Shown in pieces: positions 36,975-53,236 of a stretch of 64,000 nucleotides of DNA. Source of the DNA: the human T2T-CHM13v2.0 reference genome, Homo sapiens; assembly GCF_009914755.1 (NCBI RefSeq), contig NC_060944.1. One strand, 5' to 3'. The notes beneath the pieces were generated by a model. The model saw only the letters and a program-made list of their open reading frames with translations. It had not been told where the DNA came from and searched no databases. A program made the position numbers and the translations under genes. Position 1 is the first letter of the stretch. Each line of letters starts with the position of its first letter.

Positions 36975-37262
36975 TTGGCACAGTGGCTTATGCCTGTAAT
37001 CCCAGCATGTTGGGAGCCTGAGTAGGGAGGATCGCTTGTGTTCAGGAGTTTGAGACCAGCTTGGGCAACGTAGAGAGACCCTGTCTCTACAAAAATTAAA
37101 AAATTAGCCGGGCGTGGTGGGACATGCCTGTAGTCCCAGCTACTCAGGAGGCTGAGGCAGGAGGATCATTTGAGCCCAGGAGGTTGAGGCTGCAGCGAAC
37201 TGTGATTCTGCCACTGCACTCAACCTGGGAAACAGAGTGAGACCCTGTCTCCAGAAAAAAGA
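36975..37262 (+). mobile_element. Alu SINE (AluJ)
   Basis: Dimer. Confidence 0.93.
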
Positions 37263-38225
37263 AGAGTTCCTTTAAGTTTAGGCGAGGTAGAGCCCCACAT
37301 CTGGCATCATGTATAAACTGGAATGAATAGCCAGTGTGTCTGTCTCACATTCCTATTTGGGGATAGAGCAAGACTTACGGGTTGAAGGCCCAAGCCTTCC
37401 CTTGTGTTACTTTGAGCAAGTTAATTGTCCTCTCTGGACTTCAGGTTCTCGTCTGTAAAAGACAGGCATTGGTATATAACACTGGTGTTTAAATTCTTTA
37501 GAACTGGAACAAAAACAGAACAAAAGCTTGTATAGGTTCCCGAAACAGCAAGCCATCCTCTTGGCAAGGAATCCTTCAGGATCTGTGGTGTCTCGGAAGC
37601 ACCTCTGAAGACTTGGGGCCACAGTATAAAAATGACTACACTGGTGACCTTGAGCTCCCTCCCAGCTCTCTGACCCTGTGTCTTTCCTGGTTATTATTTT
37701 TTTCCCCCACATTTCTTATCTACTGAAGACTGACGCCAAGTATTGGTGTTTCTTTTAGACGTAACTGAGTTAAGAAGCTCTCGCCATGACTCGATCACAA
37801 GCTGGCAGGTTTCGCCCCTGTACTTTGCTTGATTCAGATCCTTCCTCATTCTCTTTATTGAAGTTTTAAGTTCTTCATTTTCCCTTCCCCACCCCAATAC
37901 AGGGCTTGGTTCTCAGCCCCTTTTGTCCTTACCATACACATTCATTCATGAGATGCTATGACAAATTCAGTAATTCCTATCCCTTGTCTCCAAGTTTAGT
38001 GAGTCATGAGCAGTGAAGCTGATGCTAAAAAGAAATGTCACACCTGGATGGGACTGTTGAATCTACTCAATGCCTCACCTCAGAAGTGGAAGTTGCTGAC
38101 TTCAATATTTTGTTTTTGTGGTCTCTTGAGGGAAAGACCTTTTGATGCTGGCTTCACAAGTGACCTGCCAGTCCAGTTTCACTAGCGCTTACCAAGTGAT
38201 AGGTAACACAGCCAAAATTGGTGAT

Positions 38226-38331
38226 TCTCGCTTGAACCCAGGAGGCAGAGGTTGCAGTGAGCCAAGATCGCACCACTGCACTCCAGCCTGGGCGACAGAG
38301 CAAGACTCTATCTCAAAAAAAAAAAAAAAAA
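38226..38331 (+). mobile_element. 5'-truncated Alu
   Basis: Only the last ~85 bp plus A tail; flanking TSD-like CAAAATT(G/T)GTG(A/G)TTCT. Confidence 0.9.
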
Positions 38332-38384
38332 CCCACAAAATTTGTGGTTCTTTATCCTCCTGTTTCAACTTATTAATAATAGTA

Positions 38385-38650
38385 ATGATGACAATAACTA
38401 CAACAACACTCAGCTATCATTTATAAAGTGTCTACAAGGCGCCAAGCACAGAGCCAGGTGCTCCACATATATTATCCTTCATTTTCATAACTTTAGAAGG
38501 CATTAATAGATATTATTGACCTTACTTTGCAAATGCATTAAGTCTCATGGAAATTAAGTTCTTTGCCCAAAGTTGCCTGGCTAATGAGAAGCAGAGCCTA
38601 GATTCAAACCCGAGTCTGTCTCATTCCAATATTCATGTTCTTTCCACCTC
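38385..38650 (-). mobile_element. MIR
   Basis: TTGCCCAAAGTT...GCAGAGCCTAGATTCAAACCC antisense core. Confidence 0.75.
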
Positions 38651-38988
38651 TCCGTGAAGAAATAGTATGCCTTTTTTGGGGTGTTGAAGATTTGTGACAA
38701 TTTTGATAAGTGAAAGCAAAAAGGGAAAGAGAAGAGAAAAAGCTATTAACTTAAAATCCGTTACAACTGTACTAGGAAATTAAGTGAGAATAAATTATAA
38801 AGTCAAATCTAATTTCTGAGGGGAAGACACTGACTGACATAGATAAAAACATGTTTATGTGACCCTTAGGTAAATCGTTCCAACTCTCTGAGCCTCAGTG
38901 TTGTTATCTACAAATGGGAGAATCAAGGCACCCTCCTACAAGCGGCGGCTCATCAGCTCACTTGGAAAATGTAGTCATCTTCTCAAAG

Positions 38989-39594
38989 TTTTCTTTTTCT
39001 TTCTTTCTTTTTCCTTTCTTTCTTTCTTTTTCTTTCTTTCTCTCTCTCTCCTTCCTTCCTTCTTTCCTTCCCTCCCTCCCTTCCTTTTTTCTTCTTTCTT
39101 TCATTTTCTTTCTTTCTCTCTTTCTTCTTTCTCTTCCTTTCTTTCCTTCCGTCCCTCCCTTCCTTCCTTTTTTCTTCTTCCTTTCATTTTCTTTCTTTCT
39201 CTCTTTCTTCTTTCTCTTCCTTTCTTCTTTCTTTTCCTCCTTCCTCCCTTCTTTCCTTCCCTTCCTTCTTCCCTCCCTCCCTCTTTGTTTCTTTCTTTCT
39301 CTCCCTCCTTCCCTCCCTCCCTTTCTTCCTTCTTTCCTTATCCCTCCCTTCTTTGCTTCCTTCCCTTTGTTTCTTTATCTTTCTTTCTTTCTCTCTTCCT
39401 TCCTTCCCTCCCTCCCTCCCTCCTTCCTCCCTTCTTTCCTTCCCTCCCTGCCTCTCTGTCTCCCTCTTTCTTTCTCTTTTTTCTTTTCCTTCCTTCCGTC
39501 TTTTTCCTCCCTTCTTTCCTCCCTCCTCCCTCCCTCCCTCCTCCCTCTTTTTCTTTCTTTGTTTTTTCTTTCTTTCTTTTTTCTCTCTCTCTTC

Positions 39595-39615
<21 letters not shown>
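38989..39615. repeat. ~625-bp polypyrimidine/polypurine tract (expanded Alu tail)
   Basis: Almost pure C/T on the + strand: TTTC, TTCC, TCCC mosaics. Confidence 0.97.
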
Positions 39616-39914
<299 letters not shown>

Positions 39915-40218
39915 TGAATGTAAGGTTGAGGATGCATTATTATAATGGCTAATTTAGATCTAAAAAATGCTTTGCAGTTTACCAGATTCACTTATGTACA
40001 TTCTCATATAATTCTCCTGATAATCCCTTGAGGAAGGTGTCCTCATAACTAGAATCTTAGCTAACAACAGATCAGCGAATGTTGATTGAATGCCTACTGT
40101 ATGCCAGGTTATTCTTGAATCTGAATAGGATACAGAGTTGACTAAAATAGGGATCCCATGTGACTTTTGTTTTATTTTTATTATTTTCCCACAATGAATT
40201 TATCACTAGAAAAGATTA

Positions 40219-40866
<648 letters not shown>

Positions 40867-41560
40867 ATTATCTTATCTCTCACCCAAAGAAAGACAAGAC
40901 AAGAAAAAAAAAATTCAGACCGTGCCCCTTCAAGGAAATCAAGTCTAGTGGAAAAGGCAGATGTGCACAGTAAACCAACACACAATGCAGATCTGATCAT
41001 GGGAAGTTTTGTCAAAGAAATACAAACAGATGGGGCAATTAATTTGGACTCTAGGAGCAGGAGGCCTTTAAATGCTCTGTGAATCCCTGTCCAGCCTGCC
41101 TCACAGAGTGGTGTCAAAGTTCCATAAAATGGACAAAAGCTCTTCAGTCTTGCACATCTGTAAAGGATTGATTGTGATGATTTTCGTCCATGTTTCCCAG
41201 CAGAGTTGGGAGTATTGGGATTTCTGTTTTGCTGGGACAATTGTGTTGTGCCAGGGATGTCTGAGGATTGTCTTCTGATGTTGTGAGTCTTGGAATTCAC
41301 ATTAGGTATGGCAGCCCGGAAGCCGCTAGGTTCAGTTCTACCAGTATATTGACTTTTAACCCCGCTCCCTTCTTCGTCCCTCTCCCTCCACCTTCTTGGG
41401 TTATACTATCTTCTTCCTTCTTCTCCCTTCCTATACATCTCTTTCATCCTTTTTTACCTTTTTTCTCACTATGTTGGGGTCTCCAAGACCACCCCCAGGT
41501 TCACTGCTTCACTAGGAGATGTCAGAAAACTCAGCATATAGTTGTACTCACAGCTGTGAC

Positions 41561-42015
<455 letters not shown>

Positions 42016-42428
42016 ACAGCTGTGGCTTATTACAGGGAACAGGTACAAAGCAAAATCCATAAAGGGAGAAGGGGATGGGGCAAAGACAGGGGAAACCAGG
42101 CCCAAGCTTTTGGAAGTCTTTTCCCGGTAGAGTCACACAGGACATGCCTAATTCCTCCAGCAAAAAATTGTTACAACACATGTCAAATGTTGTCTACCAG
42201 GGAAACTCAATAGAGACTCGGTGCCCAAGGTTTCTTCTGGGGATGGCCACATGTACCCTCCACCTACCATATACAAAAATTCCGGATTTCCAGAAAGAAA
42301 ACAAGTGTTCAGCATAAACCATGTTGTTTGTACAAATGGTTTAGTGCAGTGAGCCACTCTGATCACTTAGGGAATGGTGAGAACCCTCCCCAAGTCTGTG
42401 TTCCCAAATGCCCATCAAAAGCCAAACT

Positions 42429-42723
42429 TGGCTGGGTGCAGTAGGCTCACACCTGTAATCCTGGCATTTTGGGAGGCCAAGGCCAGTGGATTGCTTGAGT
42501 CCAGGAGTTTTGAGACCAGCCTGGACAACATGGCAAAACCTCATCTCTACAAAAAATACAAAAATTAGCCGGACGTGGTGGCACATACCTGTAGTCCCAG
42601 CTACTTGGGAGGCAGAGGTGGGAGGATTGCTTGAGCCTGGGAGGTGGAGATTGCAGTCAGCCAAGATCACACCACTGCACCCCGCACCCACCACACACCA
42701 CCTCCCCCCCGCCTAAAAAAAAG
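42429..42723 (+). mobile_element. Alu SINE with aberrant C-rich 3' end
   Basis: Dimer; TSD AAAAGCCAAACT. Confidence 0.92.
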
Positions 42724-43389
42724 CCAAACTCGTGAGCAGGTCTTTCTAAGAATGGCAGTCTCAGGCCTGCTATGCCAACTCTTTTCTGGACAAGGCATCT
42801 TTACAGCAAAATTATCACTAGGACCCATCAGCAGGATGAGACCAACCTGCCGTACTGATCCTATCAGTTATATGCCTTTTAGGAGCCCTGTACTTAGCCA
42901 GGTAAAACAAATCCCATCAGCCATAAAGATCTTTAAAGGTAAACTTTAAAGTATTTTTATGAACGTTTTTTACCTGGCCCAAGGCAGCAATTCAGACACA
43001 GTGCAGCTCTGTCCAATAAGTTGAAGCTGACCTGAATCCCTTCCAGGGCTAAGGCAGTGTTGTCACAGGAGAATACACACACAAGAAGTCCAGCCCCAGA
43101 GGGCACATGTTGTACCCCTGGAAACAAAGAGTTGACAATTATTGGGGCACCCCAAGCTGCATACATTAGCAGAACAGGTTGACAAGGCCCCAAGTGTGAC
43201 CTCCCATCGCAGGGCTCCCACCCTAGGCTTCCAGTTTCATTCAATTAAATCAGTTCAGGCTTTGGTTTCAGAGGGACTGCCTGAGGATGTCAGTTACCAA
43301 TGGTTTGCTTGTCTGTGACACAAGCTCGCCTGCTTCCTGAGTGTGCAGGACCTCGGGGGGTGTTCTGTGCAGGAAGTGGAGGGGCTGGG

Positions 43390-43403
43390 TCGCCCCCTGC
43401 TGC
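43390..43403 (-). promoter_or_regulatory. Candidate CTCF site
   Basis: Minus-strand GCAGCAGGGGGCGA resembles CCASYAGRKGGCRS; CpG retained. Confidence 0.5.
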
Positions 43404-45155
43404 TCAGCATGTCAGAGTTCAGAGTTCTCCCAGAATTAGGAAAGGCAGCACCGGGAGTTTTCCCTTCAGGAAGAAAGGAGAGCTTCCAGAAGCAGTTCTG
43501 AAAGACAAAGGATATTAAAGCCCTCACTGCTCCCCTGCACCTCCCAGGGTACTAGGGTTTCTGTCATCTCTCTGTTGTTTCAAAATCGGTGTGTCGCATT
43601 CAGCCATCATAACTTTACATTTTAAAAACCATCCCCTGCTGTCATCCAGACCTCTCACCTGGAAGGGTTGTATGCAAGAGGGACAAAAGCATTTTCATCA
43701 AAAAACGGTTTTATATAACTTAACCAGAAAGATACATCATGCTCAGGAATGGGTCAAGGAGGGAATCCCGAATTTTCAAAAATTTTCAAACTGGGTTTAT
43801 ATAACCTCCCATCCCTTTTATCCTGAGCAGCCTGGAAAAGCTCACTCACCTACTGGGCACAGTTGCACTTAGTAACCAAAATGCCTCACTAAGGTGTGTG
43901 TCCCAGGACAGAGAGGCATGGAGCCAGGCTATTGGTCCATTGTTGCAAACTGCAACTAGTCCTGCAAGTTGAACACAACAATCAACAGCAGTGAGGCATC
44001 TCCAAGAGGGGGTCGAGGGTCCACCTATCAGGAGTGAGCAAAGGGCCCTGGTCCCTGTGATGTGCCCTCCCTGACCTGCAGCTTTCAGCAGTAATCTCAA
44101 GTCAGACTGCAAGTGGTCTCTGTATCAGAAATACAGAGCCTATCTGCCACCTGATTTCAGATGGTCCCAACAGTGTATAAGCCTTTTCCTGTGGACATTT
44201 GTATGGGATCCAGACAATCCAGCCAGAATGTTCTCATAATTTAGGGCCCCAAAGAGGTGTCCAGTATCTATGGCAATCCTGGAGTCAAAGTCAAGCCAGT
44301 GCCTCTTCAGCTCAGCACAGCTGGAGCAGAGGCTGAACCAGCCCATGGCAGACAGCATCAGGTTTCAGCTCCATGGAGCCCAGGCAATTAGGGGCAGAGA
44401 ATGCAAGATTCCAAAAACACCAAGGGTATTTCTTTGACTGCAAAAAAGGCAAGACACTGGAGGGCCAAATCGCTGTGTTCCAAGTCTGAATGACAAGCGA
44501 GGCTTTCCTAAACCCTTTGTCTCTGTGCCATTCTTAAGAGTCCAAGTTGACCCACAGCAGGCTGGAAAATTATCAGCCTGTAAGGATCGGATTTCACAAC
44601 ATCTGATATGATTTATGGGAGCTCATTAGCAATTAAAGCCTGCTTTTTAAAATTCCAAAAGTGGTTTTAATCTGGTGAGTGGCTCTCTTTTCACGCTGAT
44701 TGCCTTTTCCTAGAGGCTCTGATCGGCAAACATGGTAGTAAAAATCCTCACTATGGGGACTTACTCTATTTCTAATACTCAAAACAGTTTAATTTGCTCA
44801 CCAGTGGCAAAAACCAAGAAAGATGTGTCCCATCTCTCTATATATTTTTGCAGCTTTTCCCAATTGGGATGATCACTCTAGCATTTATGAAATTATAAAG
44901 CCTATAATACTTCTCATCCATTCTTGCCATACATCCAGATCCAATAGCCACAAATACGAAGCCATTAAAAACGATAAACTGTTTTCTTGTTGCATATTTA
45001 CTCAAACCCTTAGCAGTAAATTCAGCATTTACAGCTGCCAGGAGCTCTGGCTGGAGTGCAAGAAGGGAAAGGTGTATAGAAATGGCTGCACCTCTCCCCC
45101 TCCCACCCCATCTGCTTCCTCTCTGCTGTATCTAAGTGTTGCTCCTGGGAATTGA

Positions 45156-45437
<282 letters not shown>

Positions 45438-45770
45438 TAAACTTTTGGGATGGCTGGGCCTTTTTCCTCCCACCTGGAGGATAGAACAAAATGAAAGACA
45501 TTGAGCAAGCTGACCATTTTTCCCCTCACTTTAGCCAGCACTGCCAAAAGCACCCAGGATGTCCGGCAAGCCAGTTCTCTGGGATTGGAGCGATCATTTT
45601 CAAATTTCATCGGTAACTTTTACCTCTTGCAGCAGACAGTAACTCAGCTGGGGTTTCACATCATTCATATCCACAGATCTTCCGCTCCTTCATCCTTCCT
45701 TTTCTCAAACAGCACTTTCACCATATATCAGAGCCAAGGTCCTTCTAGTGAGGTCCACTTATGATGCTCT

Positions 45771-46180
45771 GTGCCAGGGGTTCCCAGGACCACCTCAGGT
45801 TCAGTGGCTCACTAGGGGGACTCCCAGGACCACCATGTCATTGAACTCACAGCTATGATTTATGACAGTCAAAGGATACGAAGCAAAATCAGCAAAGGGA
45901 AAAGGTGCATGGGTCAAAGTCTGGAGGAAACCAGGTGCAGACTTCCAGTTTTCTCCCAGTGGAGTCACTTAAGGATGCACTTAATTCCTCTAGCAACAAA
46001 CTGTAACAACATCTGTGAAACGCTGCCTTCCAGAGAAGCTTGTCTGAGCCTGGGGTTCCAAAGCTTTTATCTGATCAGTCATGTAGGCACCTCTGCCTAG
46101 CAGATACCAAAATTTTCAGACTCCCAGAAGGAAAGCAGGTGTTCAGAATAAACTACGCTGTTTGTACAAACAGTTTAGTG
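45771..46180 (-). mobile_element. MER21-family LTR fragment
   Basis: GGGGTTCCCAGGACCACCTCAGGTTC...CAGACTCCCAGAAGGAAAGCAGGTGTTCAG. Confidence 0.8.
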
Positions 46181-46254
46181 CCAACCTTACCAGCAGGGCT
46201 TTCTAACGTTAACAGTCTCCAGCATGGTATGTTAATTCTTTTCTACACACATCT

Positions 46255-46558
46255 TTTGTTGTTGTCGTTGTCGTTGTTGTTGTTGTTGTTGAGACAGGGT
46301 CTCGCTCTGTTGTCCAGGCTGGAGTGCAGAGGCTTGATCTCGGCTCACTGCAACCTCTGTCTCCCAGGTTCTTGTGCCTCAGCCTCCTGAGTAGCTGGGA
46401 TTGCACATGCGCATCAACATGCATATTTTTTGTATTTTTAGTAGAGAAAGGGTTTCACCATATTGGCCAGGCTGGGCTCGAACTCCTGAGCTCAAGCTAT
46501 CTGCCTGTCTCAGCCTCCCAAATTGCTGGGATTACAGGCATGAGCCACCGTGCCTGGC
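46255..46558 (-). mobile_element. Alu SINE
   Basis: Antisense dimer, (TTG)n tail; TSD TTCTACACACA. Confidence 0.93.
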
Positions 46559-46682
46559 CTTCTACACACACATCTAAAAAGAAAGGAAAGTGAATGGAAA
46601 ATAGAGAAGAAAAGAGAAAAATAACACAAAAAAAGAGTGAGGCTGAAAAGGAAAAGAAGAAAACGTTGTCTGAGGATTTTAA

Positions 46683-47143
<461 letters not shown>

Positions 47144-47154
47144 TGCAAACCCTA

Positions 47155-47432
47155 TTTTCTTTCTTTCTCTCGCTTTCTCTTTCTTTCTTTCTTCCTTTCT
47201 TTCTTTCTTTCTTCCTTTCTCTCGCCTTCTCTTTCTTTCTCTTTCTTTCTTTCTTCCTTTCTTTATTTCTTTCTTCCTTTCTCTCTCTCTCTCTTTCTTT
47301 CTTTTCTTTTTTTTTGGAGATGGGATCTAGCTATGCTGCCCAGACCGGTTTCAAACTCCTGGGTTCATGCAATCCCCCTGCCTCAACCACCCAAATCATT
47401 GGGATTATAGGCATAAGCCACTACACCCAGCC
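47155..47432 (-). mobile_element. FLAM/Alu monomer with expanded (TTTC)n tail
   Basis: ~160 bp CT tract followed by a single arm. Confidence 0.85.
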
Positions 47433-47653
47433 TATTTTAACTTTTCAAAATAGCAAAATTCTTTATTCAAAATGAAGCCTTGCTTAGAAGCCCAATTAAG
47501 ACTCAGAAATTGAGCTACTGTGAGCCTAGTGGGTCTGGGGTCATACCCTGCTTCCCCATACTCTTGAGGTTCCATGAAGCACAAGTGAAAACCACTGATT
47601 TAGCACCATCTCTTTTATTTTTCAGATGATGAAATCAAGGCCCAGCTAACTAA

Positions 47654-48016
<363 letters not shown>

Positions 48017-48225
48017 TCATTTTGTTCTTGTGCTATTTTCAGTAAATTCTAAGTGTCCCTTGAAGAAAATGAGTGAAAGCCAACATTTCCTGGTAATCTC
48101 CTGTTAAGTACATTTATTCTTAAAACGGATTTTTTTTTAAAAAGACAAACAAATGATCTGGCTTTTGGAAAATTCTCCAAAGTAAGCCATGCTGTTGCAT
48201 CTCATTATGGACAATCAGCTTGTTC

Positions 48226-48520
48226 TTTTTCTTTAGAGATAGGGTCTTGGTCTGTTTCCCAGGCCAGAGTCCTGTGGTGCAATCATAGCTCACTGTTGCC
48301 TTGAACTCCTGGGCTTAAGCAATCTTCCCACCTCAGCCTCCCAGGTAGCTGGGACTCCAGGCACACACCACCACAGGGGACACTAATTTTTTTATTTTTG
48401 TAGAGATGGAGTCTCACTATCTTGCCCCGGCTGGTCTCAAACTCCTGGGCTCAAGTGATCCTCCTGCCTTGGCCTCCCTAAGTGCTAGAATTACAGACTT
48501 GAACCACTGTACCCAACCCA
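48226..48520 (-). mobile_element. Alu SINE (AluJ)
   Basis: Antisense dimer. Confidence 0.92.
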
Positions 48521-49169
48521 GACTGTTCTTTAGGGTCCAGCAGCTCATTCTCCTTCCAGCCTTAAGTTCTCTGGCCATCCTGCTCTCCCTTCTACCCTTG
48601 TGAGAGTTTGCATCTTTCCTCCGTGACAGCTATCTAGCCTGGCTTTGGGCTGAGGTGGTGCACATGCTTATTTTACTTCAAAGGCAGGTACTGTAGCTCA
48701 TTTATGCTCTACTCTGTGCAATGCCTAGCTGAGCACCTTCAAGGTCCAGCTAATGTTCACTGAGTTTTATTGAAATGGATGGGCTTCGCAGACCGATTGT
48801 GTTAATCGGAGAGAGGAGGTTAGAGTCTAGTGAACACTGAGAAGTTGCCTCAAAAAACATCTCTTTCACCTGCTGAGTCTGTGGATGATATTTTAAAAAA
48901 TTAAGAAAAAACATCTCTTCTATGTCCCCTTTAATTTCACAGCCTGGAAGCTGTTTATAAAATTGATGACAAAAAAAGAATAGGCTCTTTATCTTCTAGA
49001 TGTTCTCATTGGGTTTCACGTGTTTTTGTTGCCCTTTCATAGCTTCTCTCATCTCGAGTTATATCCCTTTCTGGTAGTGGGACGTTCTAGTGTTGCTGCA
49101 AAGTGTATGCTTTGACCAATGTAGTTTTTTGCTTTATCCTACTTGATATAAAAAATATTTGTGATTTGC

Positions 49170-49465
49170 AGCTGGATGCAGTGGTTCACACCTGTAATCT
49201 CAGCACTTTGGGAGGCTGAGGTGGGTGGATCACTTGAGGTCAGGAGTTCAAGACCAGCCTGGCCAACATAGTGAAACCCCATCTCTATTAAAAATATAAA
49301 AATTAACCGGGTGTAGTGGCAGGTGCCTGTAATTCTAGCTACCCGGAAGGCTGAGAGGGGAGAATCACTTGAACCCAGGAGGCAGAGGTTTCAGTGAGCC
49401 AAGATTGCACCACTGCACTCCCACCTGGGTAACACAGCAAGACTCTGTCTCAAATAAAAAAAAAA
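49170..49465 (+). mobile_element. Alu SINE (AluS)
   Basis: Dimer; TSD TTGTGATTTGC. Confidence 0.95.
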
Positions 49466-50159
49466 TTGTGATTTGCTTTAGAGCTCAATTAACCACAATG
49501 TGATATTAGATTTGGACTAGACATCAGAAGCCATTGAGTTGAGTGTCCTGCCTGGGTGCCTTCTCTGACACCTCGATAGTCAGACATCTCACCTTTCTGT
49601 TTGTCCACTGTGGACAGGGAAATGACTTATTGCGGGTGCAGCACATTCTAGGGGTTGATAAACTCTAGCTTTTGGAGTAACCTCCCTTCCATTAAGCTGC
49701 AGATGGCCTTCTGTGCTATGGCCCCCAGGTCTTTACTCTGTCTTCTGGGACTGCACAGGGTATACCGCATCTCTTATATAATCTTTCTTTGGTATTAGGA
49801 TATGCAGATTCCCACCAGCCAATTTTGCTTTAAAATAGGACATTCAGTAAAGAGCCTGCGTATTTTGCCGAAGTGGATAGAGTGGTGTTAGGGGACAAAT
49901 GCCTTGTGATACATTCAGTTCAACCTAGTTGTGACCTACCATACATTGTAATGTTTAAATAAAATAATTTTAAAGATAAGATTCCATGACTCCATTTATA
50001 TGAAATTCTAGAAAACACAAAACTATTGTGAAATTTCTAAAGCAGATCAGTGGTGGCCACAGGGTGGGGAGAGGATTGGCTATAGAGAACAAGGGAACTC
50101 TTTAGAGTAATGGAAATACTGTTTATCATCATTAGAGTTGGGTGTATACTACTACATTA

Positions 50160-50197
<38 letters not shown>

Positions 50198-50505
50198 TTT
50201 TTTTTTTTGTTTTGAGAGAGAGTCTTGTTCTGTCACCCAGGTTGGAGTGCAGTGGCCTGATTTTGGCTCACTGAACCTCCATCTCCCAAGTTCAAGCAAT
50301 TCTCGTGCATCAGCCTTCTGAGTAGCTGGGACTACAGGCGTGCGCCACCATGCCCGGCTAAGTTTTGTGTGTGTGTGTATTTTTAGCAGAGATGGGGTTT
50401 TTGCCATGTTGGCCAGGTTGATCTCAAACTCCTGGCCTCAAGTGATCTGCCCACCTTGGCTTCCCAAACTGCTGGGATTACAGGTATTATCCACTGCATC
50501 CGGCC
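50160..50505 (-). mobile_element. Alu with (TC)n(TA)n tail, inserted in an old L1M
   Basis: Antisense dimer; TSD CTACTACAT. Confidence 0.93.
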
Positions 50506-50896
50506 TACTACATATTTCTTAAAACTCATTGAATTCTGCACTTGAAATTGGTGAATTTTATCATTTTATCATTTGTAATTTATAGTGCAAATCAATTTGT
50601 ATCTCAGTAGAGAGAATGAGAGAATAGGAACACCCCTTCTCTCTCTCGCCATAAATTGTTTTCCTATTATTTGAAATGTAGCTATGGAGCCAAAACAGGT
50701 TCTGACTTGCTTTTTTTTAATGTAGATTTTATTGAAGTATAACATACATACAGAAAAGTGCACAATCATTAGTAAATGGCGCAATAAATTTCCGCAAAGT
50801 GAACATATTGGGTAACTGTCAACTAGATTTAAAAAATCCAAGATCCCTAATGTCCCTCCTTGTGTCCCCTTCCAGTCATTAATTCATCTCCCCAAG

Positions 50897-51499
50897 TGTA
50901 ATTGTAATAGGTTCATTGCCCAATGCACACAGCAAGTCAATCTACATGGAGAGACACTGGGTTGCAGCAGAGAAAGAGGTTTAATCATAGGGTCGCCAAA
51001 TGAGGAGATGGGAGGAAACCTCAACTTCCTCTCCTTGAGGAGTTATGATTTTTAAGGCTTTGGGTGTGGGCCAAAATTTGGAGACTGCCGATTGATTGAG
51101 GAGTGCCGGGCCAAGCCATGGGGCAGGGGGCAGGGAGAGGAAGAAGCTATAGTCTCATGCTGATCGCATTCATCTGTAGGGGTCTTCAAACAGGTTGCTG
51201 GAATTCAGGGTCTGAAAGCATCTTAAGTGACCCTCAGACAAAAGCCATATGATTCTAATGTCAAAGATCCTGTCTATAGGAACAATAAGGATGCAATGGG
51301 GAAATGATTCTTAAACAGTCTTATGATGCTAATGTCAGAATTCCTCTTGATAGGAACAATAAAGATGCAAATGGTCAGTAACTAGCAGTACGTGACCTTT
51401 AGCAACAAGAAAGTGGGCCAAAGCGTAGCCTAACGCTTAATTGTATTTCTGGCCAGTGCCTGGCAGGTAATTTTTGTCAACCCTGTGGAGATCATTTCA
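50897..51499 (-). mobile_element. ERV1 solo LTR (MER49-like)
   Basis: TG...CA termini, 4-bp TSD CAAG, interrupts an L1ME; family from recall. Confidence 0.7.
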
Positions 51500-51641
51500 C
51501 AAGGGTAACCGCTATTGTGATTTCCAACACCATAATTTTTTTAACCTGTTCTTGAACTTCATATGAATGAAATCATGTAGCATCTTCTCTTTTTCGTTCG
51601 GCTTCTTTTTTCATTATGATCTATGTGAAATTCATCCATGA

Positions 51642-52300
<659 letters not shown>

Positions 52301-52319
52301 CTCTTTTTTCATTTTAAAT

Positions 52320-52860
52320 ATCCATTAAATTTACTCATGATTGTGTGGTATTCTAGTTCCGTAAATAAACAATAATTTTTTAATCCATTCTTATGTTGAT
52401 GGAAATGTGGATTGTTTCCAGTCTTTGGCTATTATGAAAAATATTGCTATGAACATTCTTGTACCTGTTTTTTGGCGAGTTTATGTAATTCTATTGGGTA
52501 TACACCTGGGAGTAGAATTGCTGGGCCATAGAGTATGCATATGTTCATTTTATTAAATGTTCTGAAACATTTTTCTAAAGTAGTTGTTCTGTTTTATACA
52601 CCCACAAGAAATGTCTGGGAATTTTATTTGCCCCACGTCCTTGCTAACACTTGCTGTTGTCTGTTCTTTTCACTGTGGCCATATAGTTAGTGGGTATGCT
52701 ATTACATTGTGGTTTTAATTTTCATTTCCTGATGACTAATGAGGTTGAGCACATTTTTATATGCTTATTTGTCATTTGAATGTCCTTATTCATGAAGAGC
52801 TTGTCAAGGTTTTTTCCCATTTTTCTGTTGGATTGTCTGCCTTTTTTCTAATCTGCCTTT
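52320..52860 (-). mobile_element. L1ME/MD 3' fragment
   Basis: TGGGTATACACCTGGGAGTAGAATTGCTGGG, GATGACTAATGAGGTTGAGCACATTTT. Confidence 0.82.
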
Positions 52861-52888
52861 AAAACAGTAATTTTCCCCAACATGATAA

Positions 52889-53236
<348 letters not shown>

